Shown here piece by piece: positions 11,173-21,605 of a stretch of 64,000 nt of DNA. Position numbers and translations under genes: made by a program. Positions within the stretch are counted from its first letter, which is position 1, and every line of letters starts with the position of its first letter. Where the stretch lies: positions 32,001-96,000 of the forward strand of contig CAWFJP010000024.1 of assembly GCA_963816145.1 (NCBI GenBank), in the 5' to 3' direction. This DNA is from an uncultured delta proteobacterium (GTDB lineage Bacteria > Desulfobacterota > Binatia > UBA9968). The notes under the pieces were generated by a model. It did not search any database and was not told the origin of the DNA. It saw only the letters and a program-made list of their open reading frames with translations.

Positions 11173-11712
11173 TTAACCCCGGATGAGCACCCAAGGCACT
11201 GAAACCGCTGTGAAGACGACGAAGAAAATGATTCCGAAGATGGCGCCCAGACGCCAATAATCCGCCGAAGGCAGATAACCGCTGCCGTAATAGACAGGGC
11301 TCGGTCCGGTACCGTAGGGCGTAATGATACCCATAATCCCCAGCTGTAGACAGAGCAGCTGCGCCAGATGTCCCATGTTCATCTCCGGGATGGTGGAGCC
11401 GACGGCGAGCAACACCGGCAGCATTGCCGTCACATGCGCGGTAATGCTGGCAAACATGTAGTGAGAGAAAAAATTGATCACCATCAGCATCAATATGGCG
11501 CTCATGGGCGTAAAGCCGGTCATGTAATTGGCCACCGCCTCGGCAAACCATTTGATGAATCCTACTCTTGCCAGTCCGTCTGCAAGCGCGACCAGCGTCG
11601 CAAACCACGCGAGCGTGTTCCAAGCCGACGAGTTTTTGGTGATGTCATCCCAGGTCACCACCTTGGTCAGCAGCATCAATGAAATTACCAAAAGCGCGGC
11701 CGTCGTGGCGTT
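11173..11712 (-). pseudogene. 3' fragment of a DASS family anion permease
   Basis: VVTWDDI..AWNTLAWFATLV, HYMFASITAH, ITPYGTGPSPVYYGSGY; only about 180 aa of a normally ~470-aa protein. Confidence 0.8.
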
Positions 11713-11732
11713 TTTGCGCCGCCCATGCTCGG

Positions 11733-12971
11733 TTAGCCAGCGGCATCTCCTCTATCGCCTGAAACTCTGAAGCGGTCGGAGTCCAGAGACGAGAGTCTAC
11801 TGGCATAGAAATCGATTCCCGGCAATGCGCTCAGACCGTGCGCAAATATGCTCAGCAGCACGGTCGCCATGACTGCCAAGCGGATCGTCGACTCACCCGG
11901 CAGGTCTGATTGCTGCTCCAAGTAAACCAACCCGAGCACGATGGAAGCCAGCCCCCTAGGACCGAACCAACCCATAAACAGCACAGTCGGCCGGGTTAGA
12001 CCGGTGCCAATGAGCGCCAGCGCCACCGGCACCATGCGCGCCACCGTCAAGCTGAGGACCGCGTACAGCACCAGGCTTGGCGTGAAATTGGCCCAGGCCC
12101 GCCCGACGAACAAGCCAAATAAAAAGAAAACAAAGAAATTCAGCAGCTGTCCCCAATCCTCGGCGAATTCAGTGGAACGCTTGCCCGCGGGTGCGAAGCC
12201 GACCTGGACGGCCAGCCCGGCAACATATGCGGTGATGAACATGCTTGCGCCGACCGCTTCGGACACCACCATGCAGAGCAACGGCAAACTAACCAGCCCG
12301 ATGGTCTGCCGTTCTGCCGCCATCCAGTTTCTTTGCTGCGCCAGACCGAGCAGCCAGCCGCCACCCAGGCCGATGCCGAGGCCGGCCAATGAACCGTAGC
12401 CGAGTTGCTCTTTCAAGAATTTCGTCAACACCGTGCCGGCGCCTTCGGTGGTCCCGATGGACAAGGCGATAAAGAGCATTAGAAACGGCACCGAGAGCCC
12501 ATCGTTGACGCCGGCTTCGAAATTGAGCGCCTGGCGAATCCGCAGCGGCACCCGCGAGCTCTTGACGATCACCTGGCCAAGGCCCGCGTCCGTCGGCGCC
12601 AGGATCGCCGCGAGGATTCCCGCCTCCCATACCGAGAGCCCCCCTATGATAACTAAGGCGAGAACCGCGCCGAGCAGGATGGTCAGCAACATGCCGGCAC
12701 TCAGGAGGCGGATCGGCAGATTGCGGTTGCCCTTGAGCACCCGAAGGTTGATATGGGCGGCGTCGGTGAAGAGCAGCATTACCAAGCCAAGCTCGGCTAT
12801 GTGGAGCATCTCGGTGCGCTCAAGCTCCAATGCGCTCAGTTGCGGCGGTAGCAGGCAGATCAAGAGCCCCGCCGCGGTGAAAAGGATCGGCGCCGTTATG
12901 ACGGTTCGCTCCAACCGGCGCGAGACCAGACTGTACAAAAGGACGAGGACAATGAAAATGACGCTGATCAT
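11733..12971 (-). CDS. CPA1/NhaP-type cation:proton antiporter
   Basis: LAPTDAGLG, EAGVNDG and GWFGPRGLASIV motifs. Confidence 0.92.
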   Translation of the reverse strand: MISVIFIVLVLLYSLVSRRLERTVITAPILFTAAGLLICLLPPQLSALELERTEMLHIAELGLVMLLFTDAAHINLRVLKGNRNLPIRLLSAGMLLTILLGAVLALVIIGGLSVWEAGILAAILAPTDAGLGQVIVKSSRVPLRIRQALNFEAGVNDGLSVPFLMLFIALSIGTTEGAGTVLTKFLKEQLGYGSLAGLGIGLGGGWLLGLAQQRNWMAAERQTIGLVSLPLLCMVVSEAVGASMFITAYVAGLAVQVGFAPAGKRSTEFAEDWGQLLNFFVFFLFGLFVGRAWANFTPSLVLYAVLSLTVARMVPVALALIGTGLTRPTVLFMGWFGPRGLASIVLGLVYLEQQSDLPGESTIRLAVMATVLLSIFAHGLSALPGIDFYASRLSSLDSDRFRVSGDRGDAAG

Positions 12972-13280
12972 ATTAGTTCGAATGTCTGAGCCGTCCGGCT
13001 AACGTGATGCGTCAACGCGCGGTTTCCATGGGGCCAATCCGCAGGCGGGAAATCGCGCCGTATTTCAACCCCAAAGCGACCATTTTCCGCCGAAGAATCG
13101 CAATCTGCGTCACCGAGAAAAAGCCCGCTCGCGCTCTGGACGAAATCCAGCCTGGCGGGCCAATGGCTTTTGCGCGTTTTCCGATCCAAGCCGGACCCGG
13201 CGATGACAGCCATTGATTTGCTCGTGCACGGCTCCGTGCTTGCCGACCCAAAGTCACTCGCGTTGTGGGAACGCATCTAA

Positions 13281-14960
13281 TCAGGACGTGCCGCCCGCTT
13301 TCGCCTGCAGTGCCTGGTAGCGTTCGATCGCCGCGCGGGCGTTGAACAGCATGCGCTCGCGGCCGAGTCGCTCATACAGCCCGGCGTTGCGCACGACCTC
13401 GAGCGCGCCGGGATTGAGCCCCACCAGCCAGAAAACCGCGCCGTGTTCGGTCGCGCGTTTCTCGCCCTGCATCAGCGCCTGCAGTGCCGAGTATTCGATA
13501 TCGGGGACCCGGCTCATGTCCAGCGCCAGCACGCGCGGCTTGTGCTGCCTGACCAGCGTGGCGATCTGCTCCACCACATACTGCGCGTTGACGAAGAACA
13601 GGCGTCCCTCGGGCCGCACGATCAGCAACCCCTCGAAGGTCTCGTCGTCCGGATGCTCGGGCGACAGCGGTCGCAGCACGTCGGCGCCGCGCTTGCGGCC
13701 GATGATGGATATCCGCGGGTTTGCCGTCTGGCTCCCCAGTCCGATCAGCGACACGATGATCGCCACCACGATGCCCTTGAGCGTGCCGAATATCAGCACG
13801 CCGAGGGCGGCGATGATCGCCCAGCGAAACTCCATCCTGCGCACATTGCGAATGGCCAGGAATTCCACCGGTTGGATCAGTCCGACGGAGTAGACGATGA
13901 CGACCGCCGCCAGCGTGGCATTGGGCAGCAAGCCGAGCAACGGCGCGAGCAGCAGCATGGTCGCCGCCGCGGTGCCCGCCGTGACCAGCGACGCCTTCTG
14001 CGACCGACCACCGGCGGCGCGGACAACTGCGGTCTGTGAGGTGCCGCCGCCGGCCGGCATCGCGCCGAGCAACGCGCCGCCGAGATTGGCCGCCCCGGTT
14101 GCGACCAGCTCGCGATTCGCATCTATGGCTGGATCGCCGGCGCCGGCGAAGGCGCGACCCGCCGCAATCGTTTCGGTGAAGCTCATCAGCGCGATGCCGA
14201 GCGCGCCGGGCACCAACTGCTCGATCAGTTCAAGATCAGGCAGCGTCAGCGACGGGAAGCCCTGTGGGATCAGGCCGACCGTCGACACCCCCAGGGCCTG
14301 CAAACCGAAAAACCACGCCGCGGCGATGCCGCCGCCGACGGCGACCAGCGGGGCCGGGGAATGCGGCAAGAGTCGCTCCATGCCGATCAGCACGAGCAGC
14401 GTCGCGGTGGCGACCGCAAGCGTCAATAGCGAGGTCTCGGGGATGTGATGCGCGACGCTCAGGATATCGCGGAAGAAGCCTTGCTTGGCGATGTGGACTC
14501 CCAGGAGCTTCGGCACCTGGTCGAGCACGATCACCAGGCCGATCCCCGCTTTGAAGCCCGTCAGCACCGGCGCGGAAATGAAGTTGGCGACAAACCCCAG
14601 ACGCATCAGCCGGGCCAAGAGCAGCATTGCACCGACCAGCACCGTCAGCGTGGCCGTCGCCGTGACCAGCTTCGCCGGGTCGCCGTCCGGCACGGCCAGT
14701 CCGAGCTGCGTGCCGGCGAGGATCGCCAGCGTGGTGGTGGAGCTGACGCTCAGCACCCGCGACGAGCCGAGCAGCGCGTAGATCACCATCGGGACAAACG
14801 CGGTATACAGGCCCACCGCAACCGGCAAGCCGGCAACCGTCGCGTAGGCCATCGCCTTCGGAAGAACAACCGCCGCTGCCGTCAGGCCGGCGATCACGTC
14901 GAAGCGCAGTGCGGTGGTGCCGGACTGGCTTGCCTTTGTCTCTGTCGGATGCTGATTCAT
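13281..14960 (-). CDS. SulP family anion transporter with STAS domain
   Basis: DVIAGLTAAAVVLPKAMAYATVAGLP..GLY; C-terminal STAS domain (LFFVNA, LDMSRVPDI). Confidence 0.95.
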   Translation of the reverse strand: MNQHPTETKASQSGTTALRFDVIAGLTAAAVVLPKAMAYATVAGLPVAVGLYTAFVPMVIYALLGSSRVLSVSSTTTLAILAGTQLGLAVPDGDPAKLVTATATLTVLVGAMLLLARLMRLGFVANFISAPVLTGFKAGIGLVIVLDQVPKLLGVHIAKQGFFRDILSVAHHIPETSLLTLAVATATLLVLIGMERLLPHSPAPLVAVGGGIAAAWFFGLQALGVSTVGLIPQGFPSLTLPDLELIEQLVPGALGIALMSFTETIAAGRAFAGAGDPAIDANRELVATGAANLGGALLGAMPAGGGTSQTAVVRAAGGRSQKASLVTAGTAAATMLLLAPLLGLLPNATLAAVVIVYSVGLIQPVEFLAIRNVRRMEFRWAIIAALGVLIFGTLKGIVVAIIVSLIGLGSQTANPRISIIGRKRGADVLRPLSPEHPDDETFEGLLIVRPEGRLFFVNAQYVVEQIATLVRQHKPRVLALDMSRVPDIEYSALQALMQGEKRATEHGAVFWLVGLNPGALEVVRNAGLYERLGRERMLFNARAAIERYQALQAKAGGTS

Positions 14961-15073
14961 GGTCCCTATATCTCAGTTGCCGCGCGAATTCATGAGGGGT
15001 CTGTTAAATTCCTACGAAAGATTCACGAAAACGACCTAAGCAACATTCCTCGCGCAAAAGAACTAACGAAATA

Positions 15074-15238
15074 AAATCCGAAATTCGAAGCACGAAATCC
15101 GAAACAAACCTAAATAAATGCCAAAGGTGGAAAATTCAAAACACCGACTCCGCTCCGTCCCGTTTGGAACATTCTTTTTATTTTGTCATGCATCGTTTTG
15201 ATATTGTTTCGAATTTCGAGATTCGGATTTCGTGCTTT
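15074..15238. repeat. Heptamer-periodic inverted repeat (CGAAATC/GATTTCG)
   Basis: AAATCCGAAATTCGAAGCACGAAATCCGAAACAA pairs with TTGTTTCGAATTTCGAGATTCGGATTTCGTGCTT; partial copy at 59734-59832. Confidence 0.8.
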
Positions 15239-15260
15239 TGATTATTGAATTTGTTTCGGT

Positions 15261-16515
15261 TCATGCGAAATAACTCCCTGCGGCTGCCGCAACCAGCAAG
15301 ACCAACGTGACCAGTACGATCGTGCGCCGCAACGCAGGCGCGCCCATAAACGCCGCCATTCCGGTCTTCACCAGGGTATTCGAAAGCACGGCAATGACGA
15401 TTGTGTAAGCCGCGATCTTGACACTTTGCGGATTGCTGGTCGCGAGATTCGCCATCGAGAGGGAAATCGCATCGACGTCGGTGAGACCGGCGATGGCTCC
15501 CGCCAGGTAGAGTCCCTTTGCGCCGAGATAAGTCTCCGCGGCTTTGGCTATGACGGTCACAATGCCGAACAGCAAGCCAAACTTGATCGCTTCGCTGAGT
15601 TCGAACGGGTTCGCTCCCGCGGTCACCACTGCCGGTCACACGCCCTCTGCTGCGCCGCCACAGGACCAGCGAAACCAGCAGTCCAGCCGCCGCCATGCAG
15701 CCAAGCGCCAAAGCCAAATCCCTGGCAAGAAACCTGTTGACCAGGCCGACCACGACGACGACCCGAACGAACATGATCGTCCACGCGACGACGATCGCCA
15801 GCACGAACGCGCTGGCCATTTCCGGCTCGCGCCGGCTGCGCTGGGAGAAGCTCAGCGTCACGGCCGTGCTCGACACCAGACCGCCAAGGATACCGGTGAC
15901 GACAAATCCATGTTCGCCGCCAAGCACCTTGACCAGCACATAGCCGAGGAAATTCAGCCCGGCGATGAGCACGACCATTAACCAAATTTTGTATGGATTA
16001 ATAACGTCCAGCGGTGGCGGGCCGAAGGTCTCATTGGGCAGGAGCGGTAGAATGATCACGCTGATGACGGCAAACTGCAGGGTCGCCTCAACATCGGCGA
16101 GTTCGACGCGCCGGGCCAGACCGTGCAAAAAGTCCTTGAGCGTAAGCAACAGCAGGCTAACCACCGTTGCGACGCTGGCCACCGCAACTTTGTCCCAGCC
16201 ACACAACGCGCCGACCATGAAGGCGAGCAGGGCGCTGATTTCAGAGGTGATTCCCAGCTCGCCGCGCGCCGCCGTCGTCGCGTAGGACATGATCACCAGC
16301 GCGCTTACGGCGATGAACGCGGCAACCAGAAGCCAGTTTTGGTCCAACTCGCGCTCCATGAAGGCACCGAGCGCGCCCAATAGAGCGATCAGGGCGAAGG
16401 TTCGCACGCCGCCGAACATAAGCTCGGCATCGCGTTTTCGCTCCCGCTCTAAACCCAGCAGCAGGCCGAGACCGAGCGCCGCGCCTAATCGAATCGCCAA
16501 CTCCAGATCAAACAT
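15261..16515 (-). CDS. MgtC/SapB family, DUF4010 membrane protein (frameshift near 15630)
   Basis: LGLERE..GGVRTFALI, GGLVSSTAVT; C-terminus NPFELSEAIKFG..GLTDVDAI continues in ORF 15261..15629. Confidence 0.9.
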
Positions 16516-16575
16516 CTCGTTTGTCGCGCTTCAATGATTCTCTTTCGGCCGCGCAATCCATCATAGACAACATTT

Positions 16576-16739
16576 CTCCCGCCAAGCCTGTCCTGAGTTA
16601 AATCGAAGGGGCGCCAAGAGCGCAAAGTAATCCACGTTGTCATTTCGACTGAAGGGAGAAATCTTTCTCAGATCCCTCGCTTTCACTCGGGATGACGGGC
16701 CGAGACCCGTCACTTCGCGTCTTTGCGCCTTTGCGGGAG
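16576..16739. repeat. Three-level nested palindromic repeat
   Basis: Outer CGCCAAG/CGCAAAG arms, a 24-nt insert at 16587-16610, and an inner GTCATTTCGA..GGGATGAC pair at 16639-16696. Confidence 0.7.
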
Positions 16740-16797
16740 GTATTCTTTTGCCGATTCAGTAAAGTTCAGGGCAAACGCAAATTTCAAACATGCTGGA

Positions 16798-17709
16798 TCA
16801 CTTGCCGGCATTCAACGCCCGTTTCGCCGCCGCCAGTTCTTTCAACTTTGCCTCGCTGACTTTCGGATATTTCAGATCGAGCTCGGCCAGCGCATCGATG
16901 ACGGCGGCCGCGACCACCACGCGGGTAAACCACTTGTTGTCGGCGGGCACGACGTACCACGGCGCGTCTTTCGTCGCGGTGTTACGAATCATATCTTCGT
17001 AGGCGTCCATATAATCGTCCCAGTATTGGCGCTCCTTGGCGTCGTTAGCCGAGAACTTCCAGTTCTTCTCGGGCTCTTCGATGCGCTCGAGAAAACGCTT
17101 CTTCTGCTCTTTGTTGGAGACATGCAGAAAGAACTTGAGGATGGCGACACCGTTGCGCGTCAGGTAGCGCTCGAAGCTGCGGATGTCCTGAAAGCGGTCT
17201 TTCCAGACATCCTTGGTGATCAGGTCGGGCGGGATTTTTTGATGTTCTAAAAACTCCCGGTGCACCCGCACCACCAGGGTTTCCTCGTAATAGCTGCGAT
17301 TGAAAATGCCGATGCGGCCGCGCTCGGGCATACACTTGATACAGCGCCAGAGGTAATCATGGTCGAGGTCTTCGCTGGTCGGCGCCTTGAAAGAAAAAAC
17401 CTGGCAGCCCTGCGGGTTGACCCCGGACATGACATGCTTGATCGCGCCGTCTTTGCCGGCGGCGTCCATCGCTTGGAAGATCAGCAGCACGGCCCAGTTG
17501 TCCTGGGCATAAAGCATGTCCTGAAGCTCGGCCAACACCTCGGTGCCCATGGCGAGCGCTTCCTTGGCGCGCGGCTTGTCCTCGGATGTCAAATCGAGGG
17601 TATCGCCGGGGTCGATGTCCTTCAGGCGGAATTTGCCATCGGTCACGCGGAAAGGCTTGGCGAGCTTGCGCGCGTTCTTGATTAATTTCTTCATATCTTT
17701 GTTGTTCAC
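16798..17709 (-). CDS. ppk2: Polyphosphate kinase 2 family protein
   Basis: FQAMDAAGKDG (Walker A), FNRSYYEE, KFFLHVS, WYVVPADNKW. Confidence 0.95.
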   Translation of the reverse strand: MNNKDMKKLIKNARKLAKPFRVTDGKFRLKDIDPGDTLDLTSEDKPRAKEALAMGTEVLAELQDMLYAQDNWAVLLIFQAMDAAGKDGAIKHVMSGVNPQGCQVFSFKAPTSEDLDHDYLWRCIKCMPERGRIGIFNRSYYEETLVVRVHREFLEHQKIPPDLITKDVWKDRFQDIRSFERYLTRNGVAILKFFLHVSNKEQKKRFLERIEEPEKNWKFSANDAKERQYWDDYMDAYEDMIRNTATKDAPWYVVPADNKWFTRVVVAAAVIDALAELDLKYPKVSEAKLKELAAAKRALNAGK

Positions 17710-17732
17710 AGAGTTGCCTCCTGGTTAATCAG

Positions 17733-18656
17733 TCAGTCTTTTTCGTTTGCCGTTTCGGTGATGGTCGGCAGCCGCAGGGTCTCGTCGGATTCGCTGCCAA
17801 TCTTAATCTGTTGATTCTCTGGCGACTCCATCGCCAGGCGAAATACGTTCTCGATCTCGTTGGCTTGGCGGCTGCGTTCCTTCTCCACTTCCGCCAAGAG
17901 TAACCGCACCGCTTGCATCTCGTTCAGTAAAACCTCCGGACGCGCCAGCGCTTCGGCAACCGCTCGGTGGAACACTTGGCGGTCGTGCCAGACGCCGAGA
18001 GCTTCTTGCAAAGCAGCCAACCATTTGAGCTGCGGCTTAAAGTGTTTGGCACCGACATCGTAAAGCAGCTCCGTCCGGTACCGTAAAACTTTGGTGGCGA
18101 TGCGCAGCCGGTGCAGGTCGTCGGCCGCGCGAGTGCTCCGTGCCTGGGTCAAGCTCGACTGCCAGGCGATCTGCGCTTCTTGCACGCTAGCACCGAGCCG
18201 CTGCATCAGAATCTCCGGGCTTTCATCGCTGGCCTGTCGCACCACCCTTTGGGCTCGGGCCGCGTACTCTCCAAGGTCTTCGCGCACCACTCTCTTCGAC
18301 GCGCGGGCAACCTCTTTCGTGCGTTTCTGTAATAAGTAGTCGCGGATACCGGTCCAGGCTTGCCGCTTGGCCACGCTGCGCGTGCGGCGCTGCTCCTGCG
18401 CGACGATCTCGAGCAGGACATCGAAATTGCGCCATTTACCGAGCGCGCGCCGAATCCGTCGAGGTGTTCGCCGCAAGCGCCGCACCTTGGCCGGACGTGG
18501 CTTGGCAAAGAAGGCATCGAGCGCCTGTTGGAAACGCCGGCTCCAAACGCGCGCGTCATGGATGGTTTTTGCTTCGGCGTTGGCGCGAATTTCCGGCGCC
18601 AGCGCGACGAACTTCTTCAGCCGGCTCCGCAGTAAGCGTGACAGCGCGCTTTGCAT
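17733..18656 (-). CDS. CHAD domain protein
   Basis: IHDARVWSRR, LHRLRIATKVLRYRTE, LQEALGVWHD. Confidence 0.9.
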   Translation of the reverse strand: MQSALSRLLRSRLKKFVALAPEIRANAEAKTIHDARVWSRRFQQALDAFFAKPRPAKVRRLRRTPRRIRRALGKWRNFDVLLEIVAQEQRRTRSVAKRQAWTGIRDYLLQKRTKEVARASKRVVREDLGEYAARAQRVVRQASDESPEILMQRLGASVQEAQIAWQSSLTQARSTRAADDLHRLRIATKVLRYRTELLYDVGAKHFKPQLKWLAALQEALGVWHDRQVFHRAVAEALARPEVLLNEMQAVRLLLAEVEKERSRQANEIENVFRLAMESPENQQIKIGSESDETLRLPTITETANEKD

Positions 18657-18797
18657 GGCCGCGGCCTCAGGTGGTTGGCGTCGCCGCCGCGCCGCCGCGG
18701 GTTGCGCCTCGCCAGACCGGGGCTTCAGGCGGTGGTTGATTATCTCCTTCCACGATCTTTTCTTTCACCCAGCGAGGCGTCCAATGGGCCAGGCTGT

Positions 18798-19301
18798 TCA
18801 ACGCGCCAGCAACCGTAGATGCTTCGGCGCCAGCGCCCACTGCAGCACCGCGCTCTTGCGCGGCGCAACGGCGTCCACTTCGAGGCAGCAGAGCCCGCCC
18901 TTTTTCAGCTGAATTTGCGCCCCTGCCTTTTCTGACAATAAAAAAGAAACCGTGCTGCTGAGCAGCGGCTCATGACCCACCAATAGGATTTGTTCCTTGC
19001 CCGCGTATGCGGCCAAGCCGGACAAGAGGTCGCGGACCGATCGGTCGGGGCCGAGCTGCTCGAACTCCTCCAAGCGGTCCTCCAGCTGCAGCGCCTGGGC
19101 GACGATTTTTGCCGTCTGGCGCGCGCGCTCCAACGGACTGGTGAGAATTCGGTCAAAAGACAGTGAGAGGGTTATGAGCCCTCGCGCTTCTTTGTGAATT
19201 CTTTTGATCCCCTTTGGGGTCAGCGTTCGTTGCCAATCATCCGAGCTTTTGCCGGTGGCGCGGTCCGCCGCAATGCCGTGACGCATAAAGTACAGATTCA
19301 T
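18798..19301 (-). CDS. sixA: Phosphohistidine phosphatase SixA
   Basis: LYFMRHG, RTLTPKG, ILTSPLERARQTA, LVGHEP. Confidence 0.9.
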   Translation of the reverse strand: MNLYFMRHGIAADRATGKSSDDWQRTLTPKGIKRIHKEARGLITLSLSFDRILTSPLERARQTAKIVAQALQLEDRLEEFEQLGPDRSVRDLLSGLAAYAGKEQILLVGHEPLLSSTVSFLLSEKAGAQIQLKKGGLCCLEVDAVAPRKSAVLQWALAPKHLRLLAR

Positions 19302-19362
19302 AAGCCGATCTCAGCTTATTTGCCACTCCATCGAATCATTTCCATTGTCGCTGCATCGGAGC

Positions 19363-20043
19363 CTAGCTCCGACCCCCGCGCCCGTATAAACTTACCAGAC
19401 GGGCCACCATCACCGCTAGAAACAGTTGACCGCCGACCCCTTCGACGATGGCCAGGCCGCGCGCCACATCGGTGCGCGGCACGATATCGCCGTAACCGAG
19501 CGTCGCCAGCGTCACAAAGCTGAAATAGAAAGCGCTCATGCGCGAAAAGTCGCCGGGCGCGGCGAACGTTCCCGGCCTCGTTTGCTCAAGCACCCAGTAG
19601 AGTAAGCCGAAAAAAATTCCCGCGAGCAAGTAAGCGCTGAGCGCAGCGTAGAGGTGTTCGGCATCGACCCGGGTTGCCCGCATGGCAAATCGCAAAGCGA
19701 AGCCGGCAGCGAGCAGGCCGATCAATATCCACAGTCCGAGCGTGGCGGCAGAGAGCAGCGGATGATCGAACCAGACCGTCACCGGCCGCGCCAACCAAAT
19801 CAAAGCAACGGCGAGCATAACGCCGGGTTTTCTCGCCTGGCCGATCGGGGTTACCGCGGCAAGCAGGCTCGCCGCCAGAAGGAAGTCGACCAGCGCGCCG
19901 GTAAAGCCCAAGGTGGTGATGAGCGGCAAGCCCCCCACGGTAAGCAAGAGCATATAAAACAGTATGGTGTATCGCCGGCGCAGATAACCTTGCGCGAAAC
20001 CGTGCAAACCGCCGGCGCGCGTATCGATCGCTGCGGACATCAC
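19363..20043 (-). CDS. Potassium channel family protein (Ion_trans_2)
   Basis: YFSFVTLATLGYGDIVP selectivity filter. Confidence 0.9.
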   Translation of the reverse strand: MMSAAIDTRAGGLHGFAQGYLRRRYTILFYMLLLTVGGLPLITTLGFTGALVDFLLAASLLAAVTPIGQARKPGVMLAVALIWLARPVTVWFDHPLLSAATLGLWILIGLLAAGFALRFAMRATRVDAEHLYAALSAYLLAGIFFGLLYWVLEQTRPGTFAAPGDFSRMSAFYFSFVTLATLGYGDIVPRTDVARGLAIVEGVGGQLFLAVMVARLVSLYGRGGRS

Positions 20044-20208
20044 GCTTTACTCCCCGTCGCGCCCAGGACGACTGGATTGTTGGAGCACTGGAATGTTGGA
20101 AGGCTGGCGATTAAATGCATAACTCCCTTACTGCCGCACTCCATCGCTGCGTTTTGGCCGACCTCTCATTCCTTAACGGCTTGAACGTTTTGAACGTGTT
20201 TTTTTATT

Positions 20209-21604
20209 TTACGGTTGCCATCCGCCACCGAGGGCGCGGTACAGTTGGACCACACCGATGAGTTGCAAACCGCGCGCTCTTGCCAGTTCGAGCTCGGCAT
20301 TGAAGAGATCCTGATCAGCGATCAAAACCTCGAGATAGTTCGAGAAACCGGCGTCGTAGCGCAGCCGCGAAAGACGGCTGGAATTTTGCAACGCGGCCAC
20401 CTCCGATTCTTTCTCGGCCCGCAGGTCCTTAAGCTTGTCAAGGCTGACCAACGCATCGGCGACCTCGCGGAAGCCGTTTTGCGCGGCCTTCTCGTATTGC
20501 GCGAGCGCCTGGTCAAAGCGCGCCTTGGTTCCTTCATAGTTCCAGAATAGACGCCAGCCCTGGAAAATCGGTTGGAAAAAACCGCCGGCAACCGACCAAA
20601 TCTGCGCCCGCTTGTCGAAGATGTTGGAGAAGTCGTGACTGTTGCCGCCAAGCGCGCCGCTCATGGAGAAATTGGGAAAGAACAGTGCCTTCGCCGCGCC
20701 GATATTGGCGTTGGCGGCCACCAGCAACTGCTCAGCGCTTTGCACGTCAGGCCGCCGTTCGAGCAACGCCGACGGCAAGCCGGCGGGAATGGCGGGCGGA
20801 TAATATTCGTCGGTCAACACGGCGCCGCGCGGAATCGCGCCGGGATTGCGCGCGAGCAGAAAATTGATCAGGTTTTCCTGCTGGGCGATGCGCCGTTCGA
20901 GATCGGGAATCACCGCCGCGGTGCGGGCGCGATTGGCCACCGCCTGTTCCACTTCGAGCCGGTTGGAAACCCCGGTTTCATAGCGGCTGCGGTAAAACCG
21001 CACCGTGTCGTCATTGAGCTTGAGCGTGCGTCTGGTGATCTCAAGCTCGAGATCGAGCTCACGCAAAAGTAAATAAAACTGCGCCACATCGCCAACTAGC
21101 GCGATGTAGACGCCGCGCCGGTCCATTTCGCTGGCCTCGTAGACGGCTTTGGCAGCTTCCGCTTCGCGGCGGATCCGGCCGAAGACATCGACCTCCCACA
21201 CCATGCCGAACCCGCCGAACCAGTTTTGCCATGAGCGGTTGGCGCCGTCGGATTGGGAAGGATCGGTGGCCCGGGAAACCTGCTGGGCGCTGCCGCCGCT
21301 GTTAAGGTTAAAGCTCGGGTAAAGAAACGAGCGCGAAACGCCAACCTGCGCCCTCGCCTCTTCCACCCGCGCGGCGGCGGTGCGCAGATCATAGTTGTTC
21401 TTCAACGCTTCGCGGATCAGCTCCTGCAGCACCGGATCCCTGAAGATTTCCCACCACGGCATATCGGCCAGCGAATCGGCCGCCGGCGTTCCTTGCAGGC
21501 CGCGGTAATTCTCCGGGGTCGATACTGACGGACGCTGGTAGTCCGGACCCAGCGTGCAACCGGTGAAATACAAGAAATAAGACCAGCGCAATCCGTAACG
21601 CCAT
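20209..21604 (-). CDS. RND outer-membrane lipoprotein (NodT/OprM family); indel in the signal peptide
   Basis: GCTLGPDYQRP lipobox, LLERRPDV, LYRALGGGW; true start probably MALRI at 21604. Confidence 0.92.
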
Positions 21605-21605
21605 G

